NCBI RefSeq assembly: GCF_009834535.1
Contig: NC_045696.1
Coordinates: forward strand, 65,226,001 to 65,290,000
Reading direction: 5' to 3'
Length of the DNA: 64,000 nucleotides
DNA from: Camelus ferus
Taxonomy: Eukaryota
Under the pieces are notes generated by a model that made no database searches, was not told the DNA's origin, and saw nothing but the letters and a program-made list of their open reading frames with translations. Positions within the stretch are counted from its first letter, which is position 1; every line of letters starts with the position of its first letter. Below are positions 11,601-25,450 of the stretch, in pieces. A program made the translations under genes and the position numbers.

Positions 11601-14239
11601 TGTATAGTTTCCAGCAATTTGATAAGGTCTGAGTAAGATCTCATGAGGTAGTAGGCAAGACTATGTGAAACCAATTTCCTGTCCTCAATGGTTTCATTTT
11701 TTAAACTTTGGTCCAAAGCTGTTTTGAAGAGGGATAAATGCTCCAGAAGTAGGATCACTGACTAGCTGGATAGTTGGTGTGCTGCAAAAGTTACAACTGA
11801 TCTCTAATAGCTGTAAAATATAATTCTGAACATACTGACTCCCAGACATAGTAAATTCCTAGAAGATGTGGAATAAGGATGCCTAATGGACTTAGAGATC
11901 ATTAGTATCATGCTCACGGGGACTCAAAGGTACTCTTTGTTGATAAAAAATTATTGCAAACAATGAAAACTTCCAGGAGCAGAGGTTCCTGGGTGAGCCC
12001 AAACTGAGCTGACATCTAGCAGAGCTTTCGGTTTTGAGGCCTAATAACTCAGAAGAGAGAGGCTCCCTCTTTCCCAACCTTCATCTGTACTTGTCTCAAA
12101 GCAAATCAAAGGGGAGATGAGGAAAATGGGACAATTGATATAGATTTTGTCTCCCCACTCAAGAAGGGTTTATTGCTCATGAAAGAAAGAGATTAGTTTT
12201 TAAGTTGACGAATATACCTTTATAAAATATTTTATGTCTTTGAGCATAAGGAGTATTACTTCCTAGTTCAGATGAAAAAATCTGACTGCTTGTTTGAAAG
12301 AGGGTGTTTCCACTACTTTTTACACAGGCCAAACATACTAGAGTCCTGGGAGACTTACTTTCACGGTGGTTCCTTGGAGAGCAGAGGCTGATATGCAAAT
12401 GGGTTATATGAAGCAAGAGAGTTAAAATATGGAGACCATCTCATGATGATTATAGTTGACTTGCATTGTGACACACTCACTTAGGACTCCCTGAAAGACA
12501 AAGGAAGGAGATGTATGTAAGGGATTAAAGGTCACACATGAGTACACTGTATGTGCAAAATGAGGGAAGGAGGAGTCAAGACAGGAGGTGTGTATGCGCA
12601 AAGAACTGGAATTTTGGTTTATTGATGAGTATGGAACTTCACTAATGTCTACAATTTGAAGATGCTTGTTCGACACGTATAATTAAGATTTCTATCAGGC
12701 ACTGATGGGTCAGTGGCATATTGTGGAGCTTTTCTACTATATTAGAATGAAGAGAATGTTTGAACTGTTAGATATTAAAAAAATGAACTAGGTATTTTAG
12801 ATCTCCTATTTGAGGAATATTCCAAACAAAATGAGAAGAGACCACACTACCCATGCACTAAATACCCATTTGCTTATTTCCCTAGGTGGAAGATTGATCG
12901 CTAGGCTGATCAAGTAGAATAGACAATTTCAAAGAGGAATTTTCCCCAAGATACGTAAAACAATAATAGCTAGCTGTTTTAAAATAAATTTAGGGTGCCG
13001 GTTGTATACAATTATCAAATAATTTATTGAAAATGTATAGGAATGAGGTGGATGTTTGAAACCCAGGTTTAGCTGGAGTAGTTTATGGCTACATGCACTA
13101 AGGAAGAGCCATCTCCTAGAAATCATAGAGAACTCAAGCAGAGAAAGGTCCTAAATATCAGGGCTGAGCTCCGTTTAGACATGGGGAAACTAAACCAAGG
13201 AGAGGGATGTTAATCTGGCACATGTGAATCCTGAACAGAAGTATCAAGCTTTTTTGATTCCATTTAATTCTCTTTTTTTCTCCCTTTGTCGTATTCTTAT
13301 TCTTAGGAAATAATCTCAAGGATGTTATTAAAAGATAAAATGCACATATTTCTAAAATCAAAGCGAATCATACTGATGCTACCATGGGGCAACTGATCTT
13401 TATGGAGAGAATTAAATTTGGTAGAGCTATAATTACCATCTCGTTGATGCTTCTAATTTTGACCTAAACAAGTAACCTATATTTGTCTCTAAAAAGTGCA
13501 TCATCTATATAATTACTAAACTCAATAGTAAGGATAACTTATCACCACATTAAATAAAGAAAACTGGAGACAGAAATATCAGGTATGTTTATGAACTTTA
13601 TAATACCAAAATCAGAAATAGAAAATTAGGGTTGTAGATTTTTTAAAGTTAAATCCTATGAAGGGACAAAATAGAGGAAGAAATCAGTTTCCTAGAGAAG
13701 AGCTATTAATTGGTTAAAAGGCATTCGACACAAGGAGCAAAAAGATTGTAGTTAGTATAGGATTTTCCTTTACTCAAGTGATACATTTCCTTGCTGTTTT
13801 AATAATAACGTTGAAGTAATTGTATTTCCTCAGGAACATTTTATGCAAAAGATGTTGCTCAATATGAATGCCTGTTAATAGGCTATAGCTCATAAAGCAA
13901 TAACTTATCTCAGTACATCAACAAAGGGAGTATAAAATTGTATAGGAAAACCTTCTGGTCAGACTGGCTATCAAAGAACATAGTTTATGGCTTTGGAAAT
14001 GGAAAATGAATTTATAGTTTGAAGTGCCAAAAAGATAAGCTTGTACCTGAATATTTTGTCCTCAATTAACTGATAGTGTGTTTTCTATTTTGAGTACAAG
14101 ACTAGAATAAAGCTTACTATATATTATAAAAGACTGTCTAACATGCACATAAAAATCAAATTATTATGGAGGCCTGATTTGTGCTTTGATAAATTTATTA
14201 AAAAGAGTCTTCATTTTAAATTCTGTTGACCAAATCTAT

Positions 14240-14600
14240 ACATTGTGTGTCCTGCGTGGTCATAGGGACTATTGAGAATCCAATGATGGGACAACCCATG
14301 AAGGGTTTATAATCTATGGGAAAAACACATGCGAACTGTGACAGGTTGACAGCGATCTATTGAAACAGATGCACAATTGGTACTACTGAAGGACAAAGAA
14401 GGATTAATCTCAACTTGGGTAGTTTGGAAAGGCTTTAAAGAGTGCTATGGTTTGAAAAGTCAACTCTGAGTCAGGAAGGGAACAGAGCATTCCTGACAGA
14501 ATAAAAGGTGTCCAGAAACAGGAAAGTTAAGAGTAAACTTGGAGACAGAGAAAGTAATTGGATGAGGCTGCAGAACTGGGAGGAACAGAGAGATGGGGAA
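14240..14600 (-). mobile_element. L2 LINE fragment
   Basis: 'ggaaaggcttt...gagcattcctgacagaataaaaggtgtccagaa' antisense L2 3' region. Confidence 0.5.
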
Positions 14601-15183
14601 GGGAGGGAGGCTTGTGTGTGATGTTTCATATGCGGTCACTGTCAACCCAGTGAGTTTATCGCATGGCAGTTATAGGAGATCACAGGTGTGAAAGCTCCAG
14701 AGACAGCTTAGGAAAGAGCCTGAGCCTGCAGACCAGAGGTGGAAGCACTGAGCCATCCTGGCCTTGAGTCTTGTGGCTAATGAGTAGCAGAGATTTCTCT
14801 GCATCACTGGTGCCCTCTTTTTCACTTCTTTACCATTCACTGGGCAGCAGTCATCTACACTCAATCTATCCTAGTTCCTGGTAATGTCCAACTTATTTCC
14901 ATTCCTTATATTTACCCAATGAGTTGTCCTTGAGATCTTACGTTTTGCTGCTCCCAAGTCATCTTTCAGCCAAACATCCTTCATCCCATGCTTTATCCTT
15001 TGTCTCATCCCTTAGGCAGCTACTATTCGTGCTTCAAGATTCATTTCAAATGACATTCTTTTGTGAAGGATTTTCTGACAGCACGTAGGTAGAATATGTT
15101 TCTCAGTCCACCCAAAACTCTTGGATACTCTGTATCATGTACCTGTATACCATATGTATTTGTGCCAGCTCAAAGAAGAAGGT

Positions 15184-15667
15184 TATTGTTATTTGTTATT
15201 GAAGTATAATTGATTTACAATGTGTTAGTTTCAGGTGTACAGAAAAGTGATTCAATTATACATACACATATGTATGTATATTCTTTTTGCAGATTCTTTT
15301 CCATTATAGGTTATTACAAGATATCACATATAGTTTCCTGTGCTATACAGTATGTCCTTGTTTTTTTTTTTAATCTATGTTATATATAGTAGTGTGCATA
15401 CGTTCATCCCAAACTCCTAATTTATCCCTCCCCCAACCCTTTTCCCCTTTAGTAACCATACTTTGTTTTCTACATCTGTGAATCTATTTCTGATTTGTAA
15501 ATAAGTTCATTCGTATCATTTCTTTTAGATTTCACATATAAGTGATATCATATGATGCTTGTCTTTCTCTGACTTACTTCACTTAATATGATAATCTCCA
15601 GGTTCATCTATGTTGCAGCAAAAGGCATTATTTCATTATTTTTTATGGCTAAGTAATATATAATAAA
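15184..15667 (-). mobile_element. Cetartiodactyl-type L1 3' end
   Basis: 'ttgaagtataattgatttacaatgtgttagtttcaggtgtacagaaaagtgattca'; TSD aagaaggt at 15176-15183 and 15668-15675. Confidence 0.9.
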
Positions 15668-16949
15668 AAGAAGGTATATCTAAGGGGGATCCTTTAAGTC
15701 AAATGCCTCATAAAACATGTTGTCATCAAATTGATTTAAATAAATCATGGAACTTATCTACTTTGTCAACACCTGTTGAGTCCCAGAAGAGCAAGACCTT
15801 CCATAGATCTCTGTTGCTAGGATATCGCCTGGTTTAGCCTGTCTACATAGGAGCTAAATAAATGGTTGAAAAGAGGAGTCTGGGGATGCAATCTTATTTG
15901 CTTTCATATTATAGCTTAGGAATATTTTCTCCTCACTAAGTGTCCATTAAAGCACAAAGTGTTATTTAAAAATCTTCTGGGCATATAATACCCCCAAATC
16001 ATTCTGTTACAAGAAAAAGCACAGAGAACATTTCTTTAACCTCTTGCACTGCTGTACAAGCAACTGCAAACAATAATACACATGTGAAAGCATCCCATTT
16101 TAATTAATAATCTCAGCAAAGGCTGTTGTTCATTTCCACTGCAGCATTAGTCGCTTCTTATCACAAAGACTGTACCCCTCACGCACATATATACAGACAC
16201 ACACACTTAAAGAAGAGTGATATTCTACCTACCAGCTTGGGAGGAAAAGCAGAGAAGAAGACATCTTTTGTTAGTAAAGAGTAGCAAGTCTGTGATGGTT
16301 GATTATATGACTCTATGGGGTAAGAAGCAAGTTACTATCATATGTTTAAAGTATTTACTTTCCCACAACAAGTTGCTTAGTCCTTCAGAAATTGCTTAGG
16401 AAACAAGCAATGTGTTTAAGTTTTATGTGTTGTGTTGACCCTATTTTTTATCTCATACATGGAACACTCCTTTAATGCCCAACTAATTTTGCATGGGAAA
16501 GAGGACAGAATATAAGATTTAAAAATGAAAAGTTGCAGGGGAAAGCAGCTCACAATCTATTATAATCCTAAGGCCTTTAGCACACAATTAGAAGGTCCCC
16601 AGGATATAGGACTATGAATAGGACCGGTTGATGAGTTAATGGAATGTGGCTGAAGCTCTAGATAACAGACCAATAGACTATTGTACACATTAATTCTTTG
16701 CCCCCTTTTCCAGTCACTTTCTTTTCCAGCCAGTGTATGTTTTTGATGCCAGAGTCATCTTTTCCCTCTGTGTCCTACTTTGTGAAAGGCAATCATGGGG
16801 GAGAGAGATTTTCCTTCACCCACAATTCCTTTGCTTTTTTTTATGATTATTTTAAAAAAAATTCCTAGACTCTTTAAATAAAGAATAGGAAGTAGAATCA
16901 AAGTGCTCCTAGAATGCATATTTTATATTTTCTTCTGCTTAATAAAGAA

Positions 16950-17690
16950 TGTGGTTGGGTTTTGTCTCTATTTCCCAGGACAGAACCTCTAGACCCTTGG
17001 AAATTCCCAGAATGTCTTTATTATTCATGGTGAACCCTTTGGGCCACATCTGATGGTTTATACTAACAAGGTGACTCACGGTGGGCCCCGAGATAGTTTA
17101 AACTAAGGAGATGACTCAGCATGGGAGCTGGTCGTGCCAGGAAGACCAACCACATGATTTAGAGGGTTGGGGCTCTGAGTCATGTGATTTGATGGGAGGA
17201 AAACTGGAGATTGAGTTCAACTGTGTGACCAATAATTAAATCAAGAATACGTATATAATAAAATCCCAATAAAAACTTTGGACACCAAAGCTCAGGGGGG
17301 CATCCCTGGATAGTAATACTCCCAAGTATTTGTACACATCGGTGTGCTGAGAAGGTAAATGCAACCCTGGGAACAATGGAAGTCTTGAATTTAAAACCCA
17401 CACAGGCTTACCCTCCACATGTCTCCCTTTGATTATTTCTGATTTATATCCTTTTTGCTATAATAAAACTGTAATCTTAGGTGCAATGCTTTCCTGAGTT
17501 CTGTAAACCATTCTAGCATAATATTGAAACTGAGAAGATGATAGAAGCCCCTAAATTTGTAGCCAGCTGGTTAGAAGGAGGGTGACCCAAACTTTTGGCT
17601 GCTGTTTGAAGTGAGGGCAGTCTTATGAGGCACTTAACATGTGATGTTTGGCTCAACACCAGGTAGTTGGTGTCAGAAGTCATTGTACCC
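16950..17690 (+). mobile_element. MER21-like LTR
   Basis: 'gccaggaagaccaaccacatgatttagagggttgg', 'ctggagattgagttcaa', 'aataaaaactttggacacc', 'tttgaagtgagggcagtctt'. Confidence 0.8.
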
Positions 17691-17954
17691 ACCTTATTTT
17701 TCTGTGAGCATACATGTGAACTCAGGCAGGGTTAGTAATGTTCTCAGTGGCATACTCTGTTAGCAGAAAAACTGTGATGGGAGTCAGGTCTCATTTTTCT
17801 CATCCCTGTGTTCTTTGTTATAGCATGCTAGTTATCCACTCAGATTCCACCTTCATCTCCACAATAGACTTGTGATAGGGAAGAAAACAAAGAAAGCAAA
17901 TGAATGGGTTGCCAGCATAGGCAAATCCAATATTATGACGCCATCTGATAGCAA

Positions 17955-18090
17955 GTGGTATTTACTTTTTACGAAAGGCTGAGAAGGTGCTGGGCACTTT
18001 GCTAAGTACTTTCCAGCCATGGTCTTATGTAATCCTTACAACCCTTTGACTATCTCCATTTAACAGATGAAGATACTGAGGCTCATAGAC
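17955..18090 (-). mobile_element. MIR SINE
   Basis: 'ccatttaacagatgaagatactgaggctca'. Confidence 0.65.
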
Positions 18091-18494
18091 TCTAATACCC
18101 TGCCTCAAAAAGCAAAGATAGGCAGATAGTCATAGGGCTAGGATGTTGGGGAGGCAATGGAGAGTCTAAATGAAACAGACTCTGGAGGCAGACGACTTTG
18201 GTTTCCATATCAATTTGATCTGAATTGTGAGATATTTTAGGATTTATTTCTGATCGTTTTCTACAGAAAAATATCAAATTTGAAATAAATAGTTCTTTAA
18301 AACTAGCTAGTACATAAATGCAGTGCAATCTCTGCCTCCCATGCCTTTCCCACTTAATTTTTTAACATTTGTATTTAAGAAATAAAGTGTAAGAAATACA
18401 ATTTATATGAGACTTTGTCAAGTGTGGAAAAAAGTTTTTTCTGGAATCCAAGAAATAATAATAACAACTCATTCAAAATAAAAATTTAAACTAA

Positions 18495-18650
18495 GAGTTA
18501 TGTGGCCTTGAGCAAATATGTTAACCATTTGATGAGTCAGCTTTTTCTTCTGTTAAATGGAGATAATGGTACGAGCTTCACGCAGTTGCTGTGAAATATA
18601 AACTCCTTAGCACAGCGCCTGGCACACAGCAAGCACTGACAATAATTATT
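18495..18650 (+). mobile_element. MIR SINE
   Basis: 'tgtggccttgagcaaat...tctgttaaatggagataat...cttagcacagcgcctggcacacagcaagcact'. Confidence 0.75.
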
Positions 18651-20192
18651 ATCTGAGTTTGCATTATCAGCAATCATTATTATTAATAACACTCAGATGA
18701 CTCCACTGTTACTGTTTAGTAACATACATACTCCTGTTTTGTATGCTTGTTTGGTAGAAGAAAGAATATTAAGAGAGGAATCAAATGATAGAGGACTTAG
18801 CATGATACTAAACTAGCTGACTCCAGATGAGCCACGTGTCTAAAAGGAGACAATTCCCTGAGTCAGCGTGAGTGTCAACTCCAATAACAAGCTGTGTCTC
18901 CACGAAATCCTTAAAGTCAAATGCCTCTCAGAACAGGTGAACAGCATCGAATTGATTTAAACGAACTGGAGATGTAGAGCACTTCCTATTAACTGCACCA
19001 GCGTATGTAACACATTTCTGAGATTTGGCTAATAAGAAGAATAATTTGAGATTGCAGCAAAATGCTAATGGATAACCTGAGGCAGTCAGCAAGGGTGGAG
19101 GAATCATTAAGGGAACTGAAGGGGTGCAGGCAATGGAAGTTACAAGGGAAAACAAGGAGCCAGGATTCCTCCTCACTAAGGCCAGATCCTTGCTGCACCG
19201 CTGCTTTACTCAATTCCTTCTGGCATCTACATTGTCATGATTAAGTAGGATGAATGTTTCATGCTGAGCTTTGGAGTGTGCAATAGAAAAACAAGGCTGA
19301 ATTACCGGGAATAGCAGAGAGCCACTCTAAATTACTTTGTGTTTCAAGGACACCAGTCTGTGTGCAGAGGTGAAAAGCAGATAAAAGCAAAACAGGACTA
19401 CTCACGCAGCAAACACAAGTTGTGAAATTTAACTTTTCTCAGTTGATAGAAAGAGCTAAGAAGAAGACCTGTTCAGGCTTCTAAACAGCCTGATGTCTTT
19501 CTTCTTTGAAGGATATGTGTGAGTGCTAGCTCCTCATTTCTTTATAAAAGCCACAGAGCTATTCACAGCATCATATGGGAAATAAATATTTTTTTAATTA
19601 GAAGGCATGCCATTAATTAGAAGGTTTATTAGACAGCCAGGTGGTTCAGTGAATCAGCCTATAGTTAATTCAAGAAAGATAACACTGTCACCTAAAATAA
19701 GGATACATTTGAGGATAAATTTTAAAAAACAAACAAATAAAATTATCTGGATAATGGGATTCATTAATCACTGGAACTGTGTGTGTGTTTGTAGGTGTGT
19801 GTGTGTGGAAAGAGAGTCAAAGTTGTCAGCCAGGGAAACACATGATTAACATTGAAATTAGTGTGTCAGAACGTGCATCATAATAAAATACATAATAAAA
19901 TACAGTAAAGAGTAGCATGGTTACTCCTGGTATAAGATGCCAACACTGAGCACCCTCTCCCGACTTTTCACTAAAATAACCATGAAAATTTTAAAAAAGG
20001 GAAAATTAGTTTTAAAAAATTGCATAATTATGAGGCAGATGCAAATGAATAATAATAATAATAAATGATCTAAATTTTAGCTTATGGTATATTTTTCTTT
20101 TCCTCTTAAAATATATTGTTCCCCCAAATATTAGTTGATTCTTATTTATCTAGGTAGAAGCTAAATAGCCCAGAATTTAACTGGGCAGTTAG

Positions 20193-20719
20193 TGTGAAAA
20201 TAAATGAAGACCATTCAAATGAGAGCAAGCAAAGAGTTATTTACTCAGAGTTTGCTATAGCAAGGGATCAGCCATCATCATTTGTGTTTGGCAGAGACTC
20301 AAAGGCAGGCAGAGGAGTGGGAAAGCTTCACAGTAGAAAAAACAGGAAAGCTTCAAGTATGCCCTGAATGGGATGCTGTTGGCATAGGGAAACTGGAGGT
20401 GGGCTAACTAGAAGCAGGGCATCCTATGTGATTGGTTGGGTCACACATTTGGCTTTCTCTGGGTGATCCTAAATTAGAAGTGGGAGCAAATATTAAGGAA
20501 GCTAACAGTTATTAATCAGGTCCTGGCCATTTTGGCTGATTGCTGCAGGAGTTATTGTTTGCCTCCCTGGATTGGTTGCTACAGTTGGTAGTCAGCCCTT
20601 CTTGACTGTTCACTGTAGATAAGAGGTTGGCTTCTTGGGATGGTTGCATCACATTGTGGGTCAGAGTTCTATTTTTATATACAGACTGGCTATGATGTAT
20701 GTGTACATTCAGCTTCTCA
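20193..20719 (-). mobile_element. ERV1-class solo LTR (subfamily uncertain)
   Basis: TG...CA bounded ~527-bp unit with several antisense CCAAT boxes (attgg) and a variant antisense polyA signal; no clean TSD. Confidence 0.65.
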
Positions 20720-21479
20720 TACGTACTGGAATCCAGCAGGGGCATGTGACAGTTCGGAGGGATGATCCTCACTAGAAAATTACCATAGAAGTCAAAAGAA
20801 ACAGGCAGGCCATTGTAGCAATGACTGCTAGAGATTGTGCTTTTCATATGTTACATCAGGTTAGGTGAATGAAGAACCAGCCAGAAGGTGGTAGAAAAAG
20901 ATGCTACCTTAGCAGTGCAGCAATGCCTCGGGTGAAAGCCAGCTTGAGATGCAGAAGCTGTATGCATCAGTCCTTCCCACCTAAGGATTCAAAGAAGGCT
21001 GCATCACCTTCTGAGTGGACTGAGAGCAATACCAAGGATTGTCCAGCGATATCTTTTCTGATGAAGATGAGTCAGGAAAAAAAAAAAACCCCAAAAACCT
21101 CTAAAAATCATCATGTTCTTCAATAGAAAATTCTAAAGAATAAGAAAGCAAACACAGCATCTAGGAGACCCAAAAGAATAACATAAATTCTGAAAATGTG
21201 CTAGTGCTGGAGCCAAAAGGAAACTTCAGGAATCTGTTTTAAGGTCTTCATTAGAATCAAAGAAGACATGCTTCTGTGAAAATGGGCCTGAAAGTCATAA
21301 GGGGAAATGAGACTGCTGGAAACTGAGATAGAAGAAAAAAGTCAGCTTTCTATGAAAAATAGGATTATTATGGCCAGCAAATAAGCCAACAGCCTATAGG
21401 TAATTGATTGTCTTGGGGAAGAGACAGAAATTAGGAAAGAAGAAAGCTATCAAATAATGATAATAATATGAAATAATTG

Positions 21480-21640
21480 CAGTTAACATTTATTAACCAT
21501 GCCTCAAACTACGTGCTCTGTATTTTATTTGGATTATTAAATTTAATACACACAATGGACTCATAAGCAGTTTTATATTAACCCCATTTCACAAATGAGA
21601 AAACTGGGCTTAAAAGGGTATACGAATATTCCCCCAGTTA
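21480..21640 (-). mobile_element. MIR SINE
   Basis: 'cccatttcacaaatgagaaaactgggct'. Confidence 0.65.
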
Positions 21641-21814
21641 TTAAATAAAGCTTTCCTCATAGAATTTTATTTTTTAAAAAGTCAATACAAACATGGAGAT
21701 ATATATATATATCTATATACTCAAAATAAACATGAATATCCTGTCAAAATTTTTGTACTCTTGATTAAAGAAAAATAAGATATGAGTATTCTAGCTTCTT
21801 TTATTTCCTCTCTC

Positions 21815-23025
21815 TCTCTCTCTCCTACCTTCATCAAACAATTCTGACTTGAATTTTCTTATCATCACAACGAAACAGTCATTAGGAAACACCTCTATGT
21901 ATCTTGAACCAACAGCTATTTTCAGTTGTAGTTTGCTTGGCCTGTTGGCTGCATTTGACACTATTGAACAATCCTTCTTCTCAAAACTCTGCTTCCTTGG
22001 ATTCTATGATACCACATGGTTCTACTTTTCACATGCTATCCTCTTTTATGAGCCTCTTTTTATTTGGAGGTAGGGACTGTGCTGTTTCTTAGTTTAGGCA
22101 TTATTTCTGCAAGGCATTCCATTTTCAGTCCCCATCTCTCCCTGAGGGAACTTACTTGGCCTTTGCAGTTTATATGCCAATGACTCCCAAAGTGGTTATA
22201 TCTCTCCTCTGAGCTCCAGACTCTGTATCTGTATTCCTGGATGTCAGTATGCATCTCACACAGAACAGACTTCTAGATCCTTGTCATATTTTCCCACCAA
22301 ATGCCTGCATCTCTTTCAGGATTTCCTGACCCAGGAAATGACTTTTCACCATTAAGTGCAATTGTTTCGGCCAAACAGCTTAGAGAAGTCATTGTCAATT
22401 CAATTTCTCTGACACCAACCTCAAAACTCTCTGACACTATCACAAAATTCTTTCATTGCTATTCAACTAACCTAATTACAACCATGTCTCTCCTCCTCTA
22501 CTGCTACCACTTCCTGTTGAGCCACCTGGATTTTACTGTATTAGTCTCTTAACTGTTCTGTCCATTTCACACTTGCAGGATTCTCTCCCATCCTCTGATG
22601 ACCCTCCACTCACCACCCAAAGGAATCATTTTAAAAGATAAATCAGAGCCTGTCCTGATCTCGATCTCAAAATTTCAATGGGTTTTCATCACACTTAGAT
22701 AAAATCCCAAATCCTTGTTCTTTTCTCTCAATAGCTCTCTACCGATCTCCTAGATGCTTCCCCTCCTCCAGTCCACTCTTGTCTTCCTCACCTTGCTGAT
22801 CCACAAACATTCTCACCACAAGGTCCTCTGCTCCTTCCTCAGATATTTGCACTGTTCATCCCCACTGCAGTTAGGTCTCCGTTCAAACATCAGTTCAACC
22901 AACTATATTTCCTCCCCTAGTGTATAAGCTGTTTGAAGTCAGAAATGTTTTCTTTTGTTCACTGGAATACTGGCTAGAACTTAGTGTATGTTATATAAAA
23001 CTTTTTTTGAATGACTGCATGATTG
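21815..23025 (+). mobile_element. L2 LINE, ~1.2 kb with reverse-transcriptase remnant and 3' end
   Basis: ORF 21849-22073 contains LLGLLAAFDTIEQ..LCFLGF, resembling the L2/CR1 RT motif LDLSAAFDTVDH..LSSLG; ends 'ttgttcactg...ttttgaatgactgcatg'. Confidence 0.8.
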
Positions 23026-23044
23026 GACCTCAAACTTAACATTC

Positions 23045-23665
23045 TGATACAGAAAAACAGACGTGGGGCATGAGGAGGGCTGTGTCCCAGGTCTCGGTTG
23101 AGCCCCTGGGACGTGCCCCGCCAAGTGTGGGTCCTTGGCTTCGCACAGAAAAGATTCAAGTGTGAGTCACCGTTGAGTAAAGGTAGATTTATTTAGCGAT
23201 ACATTGAAAAGCATGAGAAAGGCCATGAGGTGTGGGGGTTGGGTGCTCAGATTAAAAGTAGGCACACCATAGACAGAGTATGGGCCGTCTCCAATGGAGA
23301 GAGAGAGGCTGCTGTGAGGCCATGTTGCTAGTTTTTATGGGCTTGCTGGCTTCATATGCTAGTAAGTGGAAGGACTAGTCTAAGTAGCCTGGGGAAGGGG
23401 CTGGGGTTCCCAGGAAGCTGGCTATTTCCCACTCTTTGACCTTTTGTGGCTAGCCTTGGGACTGCCATGGTGCCTGTGGGCATGCTATTCACCATGTTAA
23501 TGTATTACAATGAGCGTATAATGAAGCTCAAGATCTACTAGAAGTTAAATCTCTCATCATCCTGAGCCTCAGGGCCTACTGGGGGTTGAATCTTTCACCA
23601 TTTTGATGTTAATTGCTGTAGCATTCCTTGAATGGCTGTGCCCTGCCCCCTTCCATCCTGTCTCA
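23045..23665 (-). mobile_element. Intact ERV1-class solo LTR, 621 bp, probably lineage-specific
   Basis: TGATACAG...CTGTCTCA termini (imperfect inverted repeat), perfect 4-bp TSD ATTC (23041-23044, 23666-23669), antisense AATAAA at 23188-23193, retained CpGs. Confidence 0.9.
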
Positions 23666-24034
23666 ATTCCTCCCTGAGGCCACCATCACCTTTTGTCCAG
23701 ATTTAAAAAATCTCAGTCTTTACCCTATCACACTCTGGTATGTAGGCATTTCACTAAATCTTAGCACCCTTCACTAAGCCTATTGAAATGTATATATTAT
23801 TTGTATCATCTCTTCAGGATTCTTCTTCCTTCCTTCCTTAGTTGATTTATTCAGTGTATTTATTCTGTACCCAGCACTCAAGAATCTCCTGTTAAAATGT
23901 AAACACTCCAGGGGAATAACAAAGGAGGCCAAGGTGAGTCCTTCCTTTCTGGGGATGCTTTACATGTGAGAGTTCACCTCGGACCTCAGGAAAGTAGGAG
24001 CTAGCTATCAGGGCCCGAATACAACACCTTTGGG

Positions 24035-24222
24035 AAGTAGCTCTCAATTTTTAGTCCATCAGAATCACCAGAGAGAGTTTTGTACAACACAGATTACTGG
24101 GCTGGGATCTCTAGCTCCTCAAATACTATAAATCTGGGGTGGGCCCAGAAATTTGCATTTCTAACAAATTTCTAGTATTATTGATGATGCTCATTCAGGG
24201 ACCACATTTGGAGGATAACTGC
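24035..24222. mobile_element. MER5A (hAT-Charlie MITE)
   Basis: 'catcagaatcacc...tctggggtgggcccagaaatttgcatttctaacaa...gggaccacatttggag'. Confidence 0.85.
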
Positions 24223-24399
24223 CTAGGAAGGCAATATTGGGAAACAAAACTTGCAGCTATTGGAAGACAAAAGAAAGAAGGAAAGTCAGGCATCTACCAG
24301 AGACCAAGTTCCATTAGACATATCCACTTACTTCTGTCTGACACCAAGCTGTATTTGAAAAGAAAGAGAGAGAGAAAGAGAGAGAGGGGGAAACATGAC

Positions 24400-24600
24400 C
24401 TATTAGAAGACAGGCACTTTGATCCAAGCTTCACTCTAACTTGGCTGTGTGACCTTAAACAAGTCTTTACAACTCTTTGAGTCTCAGATTGTTGATGTGT
24501 AAAGGGACATAAAAGTTATATTTCAGTAACATGAGTTGTTATAAGACTTAATGTTTCTCTGTGAAAAACTCTGGCCCAAATAAACTCTCAAAAATATGTG
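24400..24600 (+). mobile_element. MIR SINE
   Basis: 'ggctgtgtgaccttaaacaagtctttacaactctttgagtctcag'. Confidence 0.65.
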
Positions 24601-24859
24601 CCCTATTTTCATTTTATAAATTCCTGAGAGCGTGTGCTTTCCCATATACACACTCATTATTATTATTCATACTCTGATCTTATACCTTTAGCCAGAACTA
24701 AAAAGTGAGTATTCAGGTTTGTTTACATCCAAGTATCTAGGCCATTGTATCTCATCTAAACTTGTCACTGCTGTGATCATTATCTTTGTCTTTATTTACA
24801 ACTTCTTTGGCACGATGATGTATTTCCCAATATTTTACTAAACAAAATTTAAAAAATGG

Positions 24860-25035
24860 CATTGCAGTGCACCCATAAAGTGTTCTGACCTGGGACCTTT
24901 ATTTTTGGCTTTAGAACTCACTCTGCCAAGTAGCTAGCTGCGTGAGCTTGGACAAACCACTTCACTTCTGTGTTGGGTTTCCCACCTGAAAATTTGGATA
25001 ATACCTAGTGTTCCAGCATCTCAGAATGTTTGTAG
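24860..25035 (+). mobile_element. MIR SINE
   Basis: 'tagctgcgtgagcttggacaaaccacttcacttctg...tttcccacctgaaaatttggataata'. Confidence 0.65.
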
Positions 25036-25229
25036 ATGTATTAGTTAAGAACACTTTCAGCTGCGAATGATAAACTCTGCTGGCCCAGTTTGAATGAGTA
25101 GGGATTAAGATTTCTCTTGTTTAAAAAAAGAACTGAAAGAAAGGTATCTCATAGTAGTATAGGTGATCGAAAACGTCATCAAAGATCTAAGTTCCCTGTA
25201 TGTTCCTGCTCTGGTATCTTTAGTACAGG

Positions 25230-25450
25230 GAGGGGTTGACAAACTTTTTACTGTAAAGGGCCAGACAATCAATACTTTTGGCTTTGTGGGCCATAGGGTC
25301 TGTGTTGCCACTTCCTAACTTTGCCCTTGTAGTGTGAAAGTAGCAGTTGACAGTATGTGAATGAATGACTGAGACTGTTCCAGTAAAGCTTTATTTACGA
25401 AAACAAGTGATGGGCCAGATTTGACTGACATGCCCTAGTTTACAGGCCTG
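25230..25450. mobile_element. MER58A (hAT-Charlie MITE), probably nested in an old MLT1 LTR (~25037-25620)
   Basis: 'aaactttttactgtaaagggccagac...ggctttgtgggcca...ttccagtaaagctttattta...tgggccagatttg'. Confidence 0.85.

Noticed and set aside
18928..19244. Overlapping ORFs in unique DNA as a coding exon
   Set aside because: No recognisable protein and no convincing paired splice sites.
21849..22073. RT-like peptide as a novel retron or reverse-transcriptase system
   Set aside because: It is a decayed L2 LINE RT remnant embedded in an L2 fossil.
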